This document shows positions 1 to 12,551 of a DNA stretch of 64,000 nt, piece after piece. The position numbers and the translations under genes are program-made. The notes below the pieces were generated by a model. It saw only the letters and a program-made list of their open reading frames with translations, ran no database searches and was not told where the DNA came from. The DNA is taken from NCBI RefSeq assembly GCF_037042905.1, contig NC_087250.1, positions 26,910,001 through 26,974,000 on the forward strand, read 5' to 3'. Origin of the DNA: Lytechinus pictus. Taxonomy: Eukaryota. The stretch's first letter is position 1; every line of letters starts with the position of its first letter.

Positions 1-447
1 ACCAAAAATCGACCACAATGAATATTGAGATTTTTATTGAGCTTGAAAATTCATTTCCTAAACTTTAAAATGATATACAATATGTTAAAATTGACCAACA
101 ATAACCATTACAAGTACTTGATTGAATGCAGAGGAAATTCAACAAGAGCTTAAAAAATAAGGAGAAAACAAGGTTTGAAGTTTGGGGTTCACTCAAGCAT
201 GAGATGTCACAGTTTGAAGAAGAAGAATTGCTCTTTCAGATAAGCTAGGTTTTTATTTTTATTTTTATTTTTTAGACTAAATTACTATTTTGGCTATTGA
301 CAGAGAACCTTACCTGGCGACTTATTGGTGGTTTTGGGATGGTCATGTAGGTCACATTTATTATAATGATAGAAAGAGATCATTTGAATTCATAATCAAC
401 AGATAAGTCGGGTAAATTAAGGAACTGAAAACTCAAATGATCCCTAC

Positions 448-541
448 CTTATAAAGCTCAGCAATGAGTAGATGATATTTGAGTATTCTTTGAACTGGTT
501 TGATGAGAAAGGAAGCAAGATCCCAGCAATTGGTACTTTGT
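448..541 (-). CDS. DNMBP: DNMBP/Tuba coding exon 13 (DH domain; gene continues beyond left edge)
   Basis: TTTCAG acceptor, AAG|GTAGGG donor, phase 2->0. Encodes RQSTNCWDLASFLIKPVQRILKYHLLIAELYK, the conserved DH-domain LIKPVQR motif. Confidence 0.93.
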
Positions 542-839
542 CTGAAAAAAACAGAAACAGGAAAATAGAATGGGAAATCCACCAACCATTTTCGTAAAAT
601 AGCCTTCAAAACGGACATACTGAAGATTTTTAACATGCACTGATCGGAGTAAAATCGCATGATTGACCAGAGCACTAGAGCGAAACAACGTCGTATAATA
701 AACCGAAAGAGACAATGAACGCTAACAACGAGCTGTAATTGGCTGTCAAGGTAAACAACCGTAAATTGAAGCCTAAATTGTTTACCTTGACAGCCACTCA
801 CAGCTTATCATTAAGCGTCCATGGTCTCCTTCTGTTCTA

Positions 840-1030
840 TCAGGTAGGTTTACTGAGGAGGAAACCTACCTGACTAATTGTAGACCTTGGTAAGGTCAAA
901 GGTCATGCCAGATCAAGCATCATTAGCAATACATCTAATTTCTCCACTCACTGGGGAGGAAACTTGCCTGACTAGTTCTAGAGCTCAGCTGATATACTCC
1001 TGCACTTCTGAACAAGGTCAAAGGTCATGT
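840..1030 (-). repeat. Two decayed partial duplicates of exon 12 and its donor region
   Basis: ctgactagttctaga...gatatactcctgcacttctg at about 968-1010 and cctgactaattgtagaccttgg at about 869-890 match 1833-1875. The flanking ctggggag..aa(c/t)tt(a/g)cc is also copied. Confidence 0.8.
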
Positions 1031-1479
1031 CAGATCATGCATTATTAGTATACAAATGATGCACAGATGGGGAGTGCATCGGTAGGTTTTGTGAGCATAA
1101 GGTAACTTTGGAACTATTAAATCCACGTGGGGCAGCCGAGTGGGTTTAAGACTGTCTAGTTTCCATGGTTACCAAATGCTCGTTAGTCATACCGATGCGC
1201 GAACAAACCTGTGTATCATTTGTGTTATAGAATGGATGAATTTTTTGGCGAAAAATCAAGTTTTTTACAACCATGCATGAGTAATTACCGGAGGCATGGC
1301 TGGCCATGCGTTAGTAATTACTGATGCATGATCCCATTTTAATATAAAAATGTGACTTGTTAAACGCCAAATCCACTCTGTAGAGTGCTCAAGGTGCATA
1401 AAAAAGAGCTAAGAGTTAAATAAAAAAGTTTTCAGAAGATTTTTAAAAGTCTCGATAGAGGTGCATTTTCTTATGTCTT

Positions 1480-1630
1480 CTGGCGCCTGTTGCAGAAAGA
1501 GTTGCAGTCAATTGCAACTCTGAAAATCACGCGCAACTTAATTTTCAACCAATCAACAGCGCGCATTTGGGACTTGCGATTGATTTTTTGGCTTGCGTTT
1601 AAACGCAACTCTTTCTGCAACGGGCCCCAG
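1480..1630. mobile_element. Short palindromic MITE, PIF/Harbinger-like
   Basis: TIR G(G/C)GCC(T/C)GTTGCAGAAAGAGTTGC ... GCAACTCTTTCTGCAACGGGCCC with CWG flanks. Confidence 0.65.
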
Positions 1631-1832
1631 GAGGGCTATTCCATAAAGTGGGGCATGCATGTTAAGCAAATGATCTTTCCCCAAGTTTTTGAAACTTTTG
1701 GAATAACAAGGTAGCCAGAAGCGGATGAGCGCAAAGACCGGCTTGGTCTGTAGTAATTAAATGAAATAATTTTATAACAATACATCAAAATTATTATACC
1801 TAATTATTCCACTCCCTGGGGAGTAAATTTAC

Positions 1833-1888
1833 CTGACTAGTTCTAGACCTTGGTTGATATACTCCTGCACTTCTGGATTTTCTTCATA
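1833..1888 (-). CDS. DNMBP: DNMBP coding exon 12 (DH domain)
   Basis: TTGCAG acceptor, CAG|GTAAAT donor, 56 nt, phase 0->2. Encodes YEENPEVQEYINQGLELVR and joins its neighbours in frame. Confidence 0.9.
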
Positions 1889-2727
1889 CTGCAAAAACAA
1901 TAAAAACAAATATTAATGATTACATGACTCGTACATTCATCCACAACAATAATATTAATAGGCACTTATATAGTGCCATCTATCTCCAAATATTCTATTC
2001 CGAGGTGCACAAGAAAAGAAAGAATGAGAGAGTTTGGATAAGTGTCAAAGTGCCAATAACTAATACTGTTAAAAAAGATAAGACTTCGGTTTAGATCCAC
2101 AAGCCTGGTACAAGATCACTACTTACAGGAGCTCTAGCAGCTGGGGACACCAGCCCCCAACATGAAGCCCGTCAGACCAGTGAGTGATGACAAAACAGGA
2201 TTTGGATGTGTAATGATATAAAGGAAAAAGTGCAAATTTCCTAAAGAAAAAAATTATGACATTGATGGATTTCCATATACTTGAGGTTAATTGGATCAAT
2301 GTAACTCTTTGTAAGACGGGGTTCGGGGTCGGTATTCAATCAAATTATTGGATCAGAATTTTGATTATTTTTTTGTAGGTATTTGCTAAATGAACAAAGT
2401 ATTTTCATTTGAGATTCTATTTCTGAATTTGTCAAAGTACATTTATATATTCATGTCATGTCTCAATGAGAATTAAGCAAGATAGTTTGGAAATCTCCTT
2501 TGCACATAAAGGTTTTTTTTGTAAGCAGCAGTTTTGATCTGCAGAGGATTGCAAAGTAGTGCTTTTTGGTGCGGCATGCTAAATTGCATGACTTTTCAGC
2601 TTGCATTTTAGTACATGTACCTGTAGTACTGACTTCAAAACATTATGGTACAGATGGATTTCCACAGAGTAGAGATTGATTGGAATCAATCGTAACTATT
2701 TGTAAGACGGGGCCCTTGGAAGCGTAC

Positions 2728-2819
2728 CTTTTCTAGGAGAGCGGAAGCATCATCATGGTTTCTACAGTACTGTGCGTATGCTTCATGAAGACTACGGGAA
2801 TGATCCATGAAAATTTTAC
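2728..2819 (-). CDS. DNMBP: DNMBP coding exon 11 (DH domain)
   Basis: TTGCAG acceptor, AAG|GTACGC donor, 92 nt, phase 1->0. Encodes GKIFMDHSRSLHEAYAQYCRNHDDASALLEK (YC.NH DH motif). Confidence 0.93.
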
Positions 2820-3489
2820 CTGCAAAGACAACAGCAGAGAAAAATCAGGATTTATTCATAATTCATGAATTTTGGCAACGAGATCGTAGTCTAATTTATT
2901 TTTATTTTGTACTATATATCATGTCCTGTGTTGAGCTTTACTTTGTAATCTATTGTGTATCTTAATTTTGTGATCAGTACAGACATGGTCTGTAGCAGAA
3001 TAATACTCGTTATTGAAAGGGCTACCCTGTATAACGTAGACGGAATAAATAAATAAATAAAGAAATAAATAAATAAAGAAAAATATAAAAACAAATAAAA
3101 AATTTAAATAATAATATAAATATGCAACACCTGTACATGTCTTCAAACAAATGCTTTATTATCCTAGCTAAAGCACAGACCCTGATTGGGCACTCGAGCA
3201 TTCAATGAATTCTTACTGGATACGAGCTTACTGGGCCTGGGGGGAGAGTGGTAAATGCCAAACGACATGAGTTCTATTACATGTACATCCGTACACAAAG
3301 TGAATAGGGTTTTACTTAAAATGGTCTTGTCATTAATGTAATTTTAATCTAAGAACTTTCACTAAACTTAAACCCTAGAAAATACTTAATCTTCAACACA
3401 CTTTTGCATCAAGGATGGGGAGAGGAAAGGTCTATGCATTAACCTCACAAACAAAATGATATTCTTGACACCAACATCAAATGAAACAA

Positions 3490-4110
3490 TCTTTTCTGCT
3501 GTAGCTTCAATCTCGTAAAGAAAGCCTTCTGGATTTCTATAACCTGCTCTGACCATCACAAAGAAAGCAGCAAGAATCATCAATATCAATACATTGAAAA
3601 GACCATGACATCACTGACTTACCAAAGAGCTGATCCTCAACAGATGTTTGTGGCATAGCTTCAATCTTGAAAAAGAAGCTTTCTGGATTTCTATAAACTG
3701 CTCCGACCATCACAAAGGACAGTGTAAGAGTCATCAATATCAATACATTGGCAAGACCATGACATCACTGACTTACTGTTGCTCCTTAGCTTTGGAATTC
3801 TTGACCAATCCAACTTCGTGATTGTAACAACCTAAAGACCCATCTTTTCCAGCAACTTTGTGAATAATGTGTGATATATTGGGGAGCTGGTGCCTATGAA
3901 TGTTGTTTTACAGATAAACGGAGCTGTTCATCATCATGATATCTGTCACTGACATACCGAAGAGCTGATCCTCAACAGGTTATTGTGGCGCAGCTTCAAT
4001 CTTCTTGAGGAAGCTTTTTGGATTTCTTTAACGTGCTCCGACCATCAAAAAGGGTGCAGTAAGAGTCATAAATATCAATACGTTGACAAGATTATGACAT
4101 CAATGACTTA
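3490..4110 (-). repeat. Degenerate tandem copies (about 155 bp) of the 3' part of exon 10 plus donor
   Basis: Copies translate as ESFFFKIEAMPQTSVEDQLFG, SFLKKIEAAPQ*PVEDQLFG and EGFLYEIEATAEK, versus the real exon ESFLKEIEATAQKPIEDQLFG. Confidence 0.85.
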
Positions 4111-4111
4111 C

Positions 4112-4232
4112 CAAAGAGCTGATCCTCAATAGGTTTTTGTGCCGTTGCTTCAATCTCCTTCAGGAAGCTCTCTGCAACCTCTATGACCTGCTCCATGTTA
4201 CCAAATAGAACATCCAACTCCAGACCTTTTGC
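4112..4232 (-). CDS. DNMBP: DNMBP coding exon 10 (DH domain)
   Basis: AAACAG acceptor, TTG|GTAAGT donor, 121 nt, phase 0->1. Encodes AKGLELDVLFGNMEQVIEVAESFLKEIEATAQKPIEDQLF (LFGN DH motif). Confidence 0.93.
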
Positions 4233-4501
4233 CTGTTTGAGGAGAAAATAAAGCAAATAATGTACAGGGACTGTAACATGAAGCATAGCATTCATCGTAG
4301 TAGAATGAATGTACAATTAATTACATTAACCACAAAGAAACAATTAATCGTAACGATCAAGTGTGAGATCAATCACCAACCTTTGTGTTATGAAACCTAG
4401 AAGCTTCCTAAACTCATCTAAATATTTCTCACTCCTAAAGGGCAATATCCTGCAATAATGTAACATAGAATTTTTTATATATTTCAGCTTTAATTTTGTA
4501 C

Positions 4502-5091
4502 TTAAAGGAGAATGAAACCCTTGAAACCAGCTGAATCCATATCAAAGAGAAAAATCATAGAAACATATTGTTGAAAGTTTGAGGAAGATTGAATGAATAA
4601 GAAAGTTATGAGCATTTGAATATTGAGATCACTAATGCCATGTAGTTCCTCCTATTGGCAATGCGACCAAGATCTGTGATGTCACACACGTACAACTCCC
4701 TCATTACTTTAGTACGTATTTCACTTATATTCTCCCTTTATAGAGTCTATCACAAGGTGAGGTGTTCTCTTTATGAGAGGACAAGTACAGAGGTTTCACA
4801 ACATTATATCATTGATGAATCGTTTGTCATATGATTTAATAGAATGAGCAAAAAGATGTTTTGGGGTATATTTTCAGTGTCCAAAAGGGGAGAGTTGTTC
4901 ATCTGTGACATCATAGATCTTGGTCGTATTGCCAATGGGAGGATCTCCATAGCATTAATGATCTCGACATTCAAATGCTCATAACTCTTCTATTGCTAGT
5001 CCTATTTTACTCAAATTTTTGTTGATCTTATTCTTTGATTTTTCTGCTTTCACGAAAGCTAACTTGCTCCAAGAGTTTCATTCTCCTTTAA
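4502..5091. mobile_element. TTAA-flanked MITE family A (Kolobok/T2-like), copy 1
   Basis: TTAA|AGGAGAATGAAAC ... GTTTCATTCTCCT|TTAA. Near-identical copies at 34355 (reverse) and 48269. Confidence 0.9.
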
Positions 5092-7441
5092 CATCAGAAT
5101 GAGCTTTACTGTACTACCAATGGGTAGTCTTCAACCAGCATTTTCCTGTTGATTTTAGCTGTATGCAACAAACTCTTTAAGAATATATCGTTCAAAATAT
5201 GTGAGTCTACACACAAAGTCTATTTTGTAAATTGCTTTACATTATTATCATTTTATTTACTTTATATTGTTCCTTCTTGTCAATGAGTAATTTCTCCATA
5301 ACTTGGAAAACTGTAAATTTTCTTGAGTGAAATAAATTATTTGAATTGAAAGTCTAATTCCTCACAATAATGAATAATAAACTACAGTATGTATAAATAC
5401 TCTAAAAACAATGGCATACATACATGTACATGCAGAAATTCTTGTGATATTATTAGTATCCTAATGACTCAACAATGTTGAATCCCATTCACTTTAAATA
5501 TCTTTTAATCAAATAACTTCTGCTTCTGCCAAAAAAAAAAAAAAAAATCTTCTGAGATATCAACGCACTGAGCAGCACAAGGGAAATGACGTTGATTGAA
5601 GGATTGCCTTGACAAAATCTTCAAAAGTGGACAAATAAAACATCTTGGTTAGAGGAAACTTTTAAGAATTGGGTATAAGATCATCCCTAACATGATATCA
5701 GCAATTCATGGTTACTTCACCTATGAGCACCAACCAACTATTTAACTTAAGATAAACATGAATTTCTTTTTCTTTCACAAAAATTTACTTTGATAATGTT
5801 CCCGATCTTCTTATGAGTATGTGTGCCAAAAAGCTCATAAAAATTTGAAAGAAATATATGATTTCCTTTAAAAATACCTCGGCCATTCATTTTAAAATTG
5901 CACACAAAATGTTGCCCCAAGTCTGCGCACCCATTCACTTTACCCATGATTCAGGGATTTTGATGAGAAAAGCTGCATTTAGAGGTTGTCACATGAAATG
6001 CCCAAAGTCACAGTTTTTAATGAATATATCTGTCTATGTATTGCAGTAGTAAAGTCTGTGGTCTTTACGTATCTATTTTTCTAGAATCGCGCAGATACGC
6101 GTGTGCACAGACGAGGGGGACTGCGCAGACTTGGGGGAACTTACCATACGTGTATATCATAAGCATGGTCATTAAAAGGTTAGAAATGTTAATAGTGCAA
6201 TCGCTACAATACTAACACAATAAAACAAACATCACTTGGAGAATACGATTATATAAAGTAAAAAATCACAGCAAACAAGCAGATAAGATTTAAAAACCAA
6301 ACCAAATGAGAGAAAACAAAAACATGATGCATCTACAGGCATGTTCAAAGTCAATTCATGCAATCCAAGTAATTGATGTTTAAATATGAACAGTGAAAGC
6401 TTTTTTAGTACTACATGTATCTGTGTACAAAGACCATAAATCGGACCAACTGCAGATTAACAATTTTTATGCAGAAGCAATACATACTTGAGATAAGATT
6501 AATAATGTTAGTCCAAAGTACTGAGTTTTTCCAAGGGCAATGTATGTGGAGCTGTAGTATGCATACATGTCAGATCAGCATGCATTCAAAGTGCAGTATG
6601 TATGCATAAATAATGCTAAGTTTAATAAAGCAAACAGGCTAAAAATATAAGGTTTATAGTGAAAAGTGTAAAGGTTAATTATGTGTAAGTCATAGGTCTA
6701 GCACAAAAAAAACACAAGGTTTTTTTGTACAAACTTTAAATTCTCACAGATATTGCTTTATAAAAAATGTTTGATTCAGTATATCAGGTTTTAAGGAAAA
6801 GTTTCGGGGAAGCGTTTTATAATAAAGAATAGTATTTTTGTATTAAAAGTCTTAAGGTTCATTCAGATACGTTGCAACAAAGCCTGACAGCATTTTTTTA
6901 GCATTCAGATAAAGTGAGAAAAATCACACTAATTTGTTAACCCGTTGCCAACTGGAACCGGTTGATACCTGTGCAAAGTCTATGGGAATTACGGAATTCA
7001 GAAGTCAACGGATTATATGCACCATACAGCATAAAGGTGTATAATATGAAGTCATGGCGTCATTATGATTCCAATATAATGTTGATAGTTTAACACAACT
7101 TAGGACACATTAACTGGCAGGTACTCGCTTTTGTTTTGAAAAATAATATTCAGCATTTACTGCTTGATACATACATGTACTGTACATGTACTGTAGTTAT
7201 ATGCAATGCATATGGTAACTGCAGGCCATCTTTACTAAATGTTTGTAATATTTGTAAGGAAATCTATGTCTTTCATGCCTTGCATACAGGTATCACCTCA
7301 GCTCTGCATTCAATTATTGAATATAATCATAGCTCCTACTCATTAGTCCAATCTTTTGCACAGTTTTTGTTAAACTTCAAATGCAGAATAAAGTCAATTA
7401 GTTAGTGCATGTTCAAAATCCAATATAAGTGCTTGTTAGTG

Positions 7442-7570
7442 TTAGTTCAGTATATAGCATCCTGTTAAAATATGGGACACAATTCTGACCGCTTTCTTCT
7501 TCTCTCCGCTCCGTTCCAATTCTTCCAATTCTTCTTCGGCATGCGCTATCAAAATCTCACTGATAATCAT
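7442..7570 (-). CDS. DNMBP: Candidate alternative (terminal or cassette) DNMBP exon
   Basis: Polypyrimidine tract and ACCAG acceptor, then a phase-0 open frame MIISEILIAHAEEELEELERSGEKKKAVRIVSHILTGCYILN-stop. Purine-rich, exon-like composition inside an AT-rich intron. Confidence 0.5.
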   Translation of the reverse strand: MIISEILIAHAEEELEELERSGEKKKAVRIVSHILTGCYILN

Positions 7571-8873
7571 CTGGTTAAAAGCAAAACAATGGGAGGGAGT
7601 AATACACTGGTGACTGGGGAGAATGGTGAGGGTATCTAATGCAGTATGCTCAGAACTATATCAGGACTTTGACATTTTGACAGAAATATTGAAATATGCT
7701 GTGTTTAAAGTATTAACAAAATTGTTGAGTTTTGGCAGAACATGCTTGACATTTCTAAATTCATGTCAAAATGTGAGTTGTGTTTAAATTTCATGAACAT
7801 GGCTTTACTGCAATGAAATTCAAAGCAGTAGCAATGTGTAAGCATTTCATGAAATCCTGAAATTTTGCACACTAAGTAGCCATTTAACCTAACAGAAATT
7901 GTATCAAAATATTCTACAAAGCATACAGGTACATTTTAAATTCTCAAAGTTTATAATTGGAAATAGAATTTAATATATATGCAAAACTTAAAAGAACTGT
8001 CAAAAGTGCCATGTTTGACTTTGCATGCTTGCTCTTTGTTCAGTTGCTTTTTGGGAGGGGGGGGGGTCAAATTACTAGACTTTTGAACTTCCTCGATTGG
8101 TTGGGCATGCTTTGAATGACTTCATTATAAGAATTGTTCTTAATAAACCAGAAATGAGAAAATAGTGTCACAATCAAATTTAATTCACAAAGTAAATATT
8201 ATCAGAAGTTGTATACTTTGGAATAGCAACACTTTTTTTTTTGGGGGGGGGGGGGGTAATGGACATTTCATATTGCTAATACTTGTACAAAGCACTTTCA
8301 TTGATTTCAAAAGCATTGTAAACAATATAATTTCACAATTAGTCATGATAATATGGCATTATAGTTGTTCATTCTCAGCACACTACACATAAAGGCATAC
8401 ATGTAGGGACTATTACATATAAAGCAGTATAAAACAAAATAACATGCTTTAGCATATCCATGTATATACGTACACTTAACAAAACTGAATAACATGCGAA
8501 CAGTGATGTAAAACTGCAACAATAAACATAGAAAATCACTTTTATTTTCATTCTAACATATTCTGCTTTATGGCATTTCACTATCCAACTATATGTTTAT
8601 ATATAAATATGAATAGGGGAATCTCACCATGCAGAGTATATATAATATAAATATATTTAAATTGATGTATAAAACTGCTGCGTTTATACACAATAAATAA
8701 AATCACAATTTTTCATGCAACTACATGTATATCCAAAAAGGTAACAAAACAAAGTCATGCCACAATAAAATGACTAATAATTACACACATTAACTCAATG
8801 TAATAGTGCTTTCTTTTCCCCTCTCTCTGCCTCTCTTTCCCTCTCATCCCTGACTATCTCTAACCCTTTCTGA

Positions 8874-9297
8874 GGCCCGAATTCACAAAGGTGGTTTCAA
8901 AACCAACGGTTGAGTCCATGGTTTATGCAGATTTCCTGTATAAATTACGCTTATTTTACAGCGTATATTAAAAAATGTCCAATGCTGATGCGCGCATTTG
9001 TCACAGTGCGCCAAATTGATGCCTGTTGCCGAGGTTATGCACGCTATTTTATTAATGAGTCCACTGTTATGAATTAATAGTCCACTTTTCAAACAGTGGA
9101 CTCGTGAATAAAATAGCGTATCTAACCATGGTAACAGGCGTCAATTTGGCGCATTGTGACAAAAGCGCGCATCAGCATTCGACATTTCTTATACACACGC
9201 CCGATACGCGCTAAATTAAGCGTAATTTAAACAGGAAATCTGCATAAACCATGGATTCAACCGTGGGTTTTCAAAGCCACCTTTGTGAATTCGGGCC
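8874..9297. mobile_element. Palindromic MITE (Harbinger-like), copy 1
   Basis: GGCCCGAATTCACAAAGGTGG ... CCACCTTTGTGAATTCGGGCC, near-perfect foldback. Second copy at 20732. Confidence 0.85.
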
Positions 9298-9705
9298 ATT
9301 ATGTCTCCCTATAAATCTTTTGCTCTCAATGTCAATCTTATTTCAGTCTTTGGTTCTCTCTATCTCTCTATAATCTTCTGTCTTTATTTTTCTGTTATTA
9401 TTTTGCATCATTTCATTTTTCTCTAGCATTCCAAACCCCCCTGAATTGGAAATTCCCCCCCCCCCCCTCTTATCATTATCTCTCTCTTCCTCTCCTATAT
9501 GTCTTTTAATTTTTCGCTCTCAATGTAAATCTATCTCTCTTTCTTTATTTTTCCCCTTTATAATCTTCTGTTTTATTTTCTTTCTGTCTCTAGTTCGCAT
9601 CATTTCATTTTCTCTTTCAAGTTCAACCCCCCCCCTTGTCTCTCTCTCTCTCTGTACATCTATCCTACCTCCCCCCCTCCCCTTCACACTCTCTCTCTGT
9701 CTTAC

Positions 9706-9869
9706 CTGATTTTCTTGTAAGACAGTCATAAATCCTTCCTGACATAGTTTGATATCCCTCACATAATCATCCTCCGTCTTCAGTAATTCCTTCACCACCT
9801 TCTCTCTGAAATCGGCCGGTGTCATTTTTGGCGCTGGAGGCGGCTCGGGCATCAGCTCTGAAAGTTGAT
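9706..9869 (-). CDS. DNMBP: DNMBP coding exon 9 (start of DH domain)
   Basis: TTTTTAG acceptor, CAG|GTAAGA donor, 164 nt, phase 1->0. Encodes REKVVKELLKTEDDYVRDIKLC (DH helix 1). Confidence 0.93.
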
Positions 9870-10265
9870 CTAAAAAAACAAGTAGGAAGACTAAGTAAAC
9901 TCACTGGCCCGTATATTTTAGGAACTGCTTGGAAGTTTCATTGGACAGTAGAGTTTGCCCATCTTAGGCTTGAGTGAACTCTGAACTTTAACCCTCGTTT
10001 TCCCATTATTTTTTGAAGCTCTGATTGATACCTCGGTCACAAAAGTAGACTCACTGGCCAATATACAAATAGCGATGGTGCGAGATTTCGCATGAGGTGA
10101 AATAGAGCCTCGTTGAATAGAGCGTCTCTTTCTTTAGAAAATAGCATTACATTTCACCACTTTCTACCTTTCATCCTTTTTTCCTCTTGGTCCTAACTTC
10201 TTTTTTTTTTTGGGGGGGGGGAGGGGGTGCATGGCCTCCGTAATCTGTTCACCAGTGTTCTATAC

Positions 10266-10407
10266 CTTGTAAAGATTGGACTTGCTTCTCTTTTTCCAAA
10301 ATGTCTAGTTCTTCATCAGCTATCTGTTGCTGTAGTTCAGCTTTGTCCTTCTCCACAGTAACAAATGCACACTCTCTTACTAGATTGGATTTCTGAAGTC
10401 GCTGGGT
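10266..10407 (-). CDS. DNMBP: DNMBP coding exon 8 (coiled coil)
   Basis: GTACAG acceptor, AAG|GTATAG donor, 142 nt, phase 0->1. Encodes TQRLQKSNL...ELQQQIADEELDILEKEKQVQSLQ. Confidence 0.85.
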
Positions 10408-10444
10408 CTGTACGAACAAAAGAAACCAATAAAGTATCAATGCC

Positions 10445-10848
10445 TTAAGGCGACGGCACACCTTACGATTGGCCTGCGACCCAATTTCAGTATAAAAATT
10501 TAGTAGAATTTGATGCTAATATTGAGACTTGGAATATCTTACTGTGTAATGTTCTAAATCATCGTACGAATACCTATATTCAAATCTGTGACTATGCTAT
10601 CATCCTTTTTAGAATAAAAGCAAATTTAATATCTAGTCGTAATGACGTCATAGCAGTCGTACGATTGCCTACGATTTGAAACTACTAAAATAAAGGCTTG
10701 TAATCTTTCAAAATAGTAATATCAGTATTCTTTCAATTAATTTCAACCTCAAATAAAATGTTCCATTCACATTTTCAGAAAATGAGCAAAATGCGATTTG
10801 TTCCAAAATCAGATCGCGAACAGTCGTAAGGTGTGCGGTGGCCTTTAA
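10445..10848. mobile_element. TTAA-flanked MITE
   Basis: TTAAGGCGACGGCACACCTTACGA ... TCGTAAGGTGTGCGGTGGCCTTTAA. Confidence 0.75.
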
Positions 10849-10880
10849 TAACATGTATTAAATTCTAGAACTGATTATAA

Positions 10881-11062
10881 GGAGCATTGTGGCCCAGTGG
10901 ATTAGTCTTCGAACTTTGAGACAGAGGGTTGTAGGTTTGAATTTCAGCCATATTTTCATTTGAGCAAGAAATTGATCCATATTGTGATACTCTCAACCCA
11001 GGGGTAGAAGTATATTGCGCTATATGAATGGTCATATTATCAATGTTATTATCATTATTATT
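10881..11062 (+). mobile_element. tRNA-derived SINE, internally deleted
   Basis: A-box TGGCCCAGTGG, degenerate B-box, core shared with other copies, (ATT)n tail. Confidence 0.7.
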
Positions 11063-11460
11063 AATATACTGAACATGGGAAAATCCTTATCAGTTGCAAA
11101 GCTCCAAACATAAAAAACAGAAATGAATAAATATTAATTTGGAAAGCACCATAAAAGTTAAAATGAATTGTATTTCTAAGGGAGAGTTGCAAGAAAATAC
11201 TTGCGATCAAATTGCAAATTTTCTATTGCAATTTGACAAGTGAATCAGATTACATTCCTTGTTTCAAGAAGCATATAAAGAATCAATTGTAAATTCACAA
11301 CTACTGTCAAGACTTATGATTGATTTAGGAACAGAATGGAGACTTGCAACTGATCACAAGTTTCTTGCAATGCCCCATAAGGCACTTTTATACAAATACA
11401 AAGTACATTCAATAGCACTTTAAAGAACATAATAGTGATTTTCGTACACAAGAAACGTAC

Positions 11461-11537
11461 CTCGATCTCTTCTTTGAGTTGTGATATCTTGCTCTGTAAA
11501 TTGGCAACAGCCTCGGCAGGGTGCCCCTCCCCATTCA
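11461..11537 (-). CDS. DNMBP: DNMBP coding exon 7 (coiled coil)
   Basis: CCATAG acceptor, GAG|GTACGT donor, 77 nt, phase 1->0. Encodes VNGEGHPAEAVANLQSKISQLKEEIE. Confidence 0.85.
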
Positions 11538-12551
11538 CTATGGTGAAACGAAAAACGCAAAGAAGTGTCTCAAAAACCTTTATCAAATTGCAAAGAAATT
11601 TTCTTCAGATTTCCAGTAAAAAAGATGGTTGAATGTATAAAGTGGATACTTACAACAAATAATAATATTCAACTTGAAAACCGGTCTGAACATTCCACTC
11701 AGGGGCGGATCCAGGATTTTCAAAAAGGGGGGCACATTTTTTCAGAGGAAAAATTTGACAAGCAAAAAAATTTTCAAAAAATCAAAAGCTTGGCAAATGC
11801 ACTACACTGCAAACAGGTTTGAAAGGCAGATTTTTCATTTATGCAGTTTCACTTGATTGGACGATGTTTTGAGTTTGCCTTTTCTTTTGATTGAAGCCCA
11901 CAATTAAAAGGCCTGAAAAAATAGTGTTTTCCAAAAAAGTTTGTGAATTCTGCTTTCTTCCTTAATTCTGTTTATTTTGTTCTATTGTTTTTTATATCCT
12001 GGAAAACTTTTAATTTATACCACATTCATACCCAAAGCTGCTAGCATTGTCAAAAAATCACATTCTTTACAATTTCTTTTTCAACTATTTTCAAGCCTAA
12101 AATCCTATTGTTCTTAAAAATTTTGAAAAACATACAAAACAAAACTCATCATCCAAACAAGTTTTAGAAATCCTACTTAGTGCCACTACACTTAAAAATT
12201 CCCTACTTAACATACCGTATTCATGATCCGTTTACTGAATATTATTCTTAAAAGTTTGATAAAAAACACACAAAACTAAAAACTGATTAAACGGTTCTTA
12301 AAGAGGTCTGAGACTAGGGGTGTAGCAAGAAAATATCTGCAATCAATTGCAAATATTCTGTTGCAATTTTACAACTGATAAATCAACGTTAGCTGTAGCA
12401 AATCAGATTAAACTTCTTCTTTCAAGGAGAAGATTAGCAGTCAATCACTAATTTGAAATTAACTGCAAGAGATATGATTGATTTAGGGACCAAAAATTGA
12501 CTTGCAATTGATCACAAGTTTCTTGTAACACCCGATAGGTCTAAATCTTAC

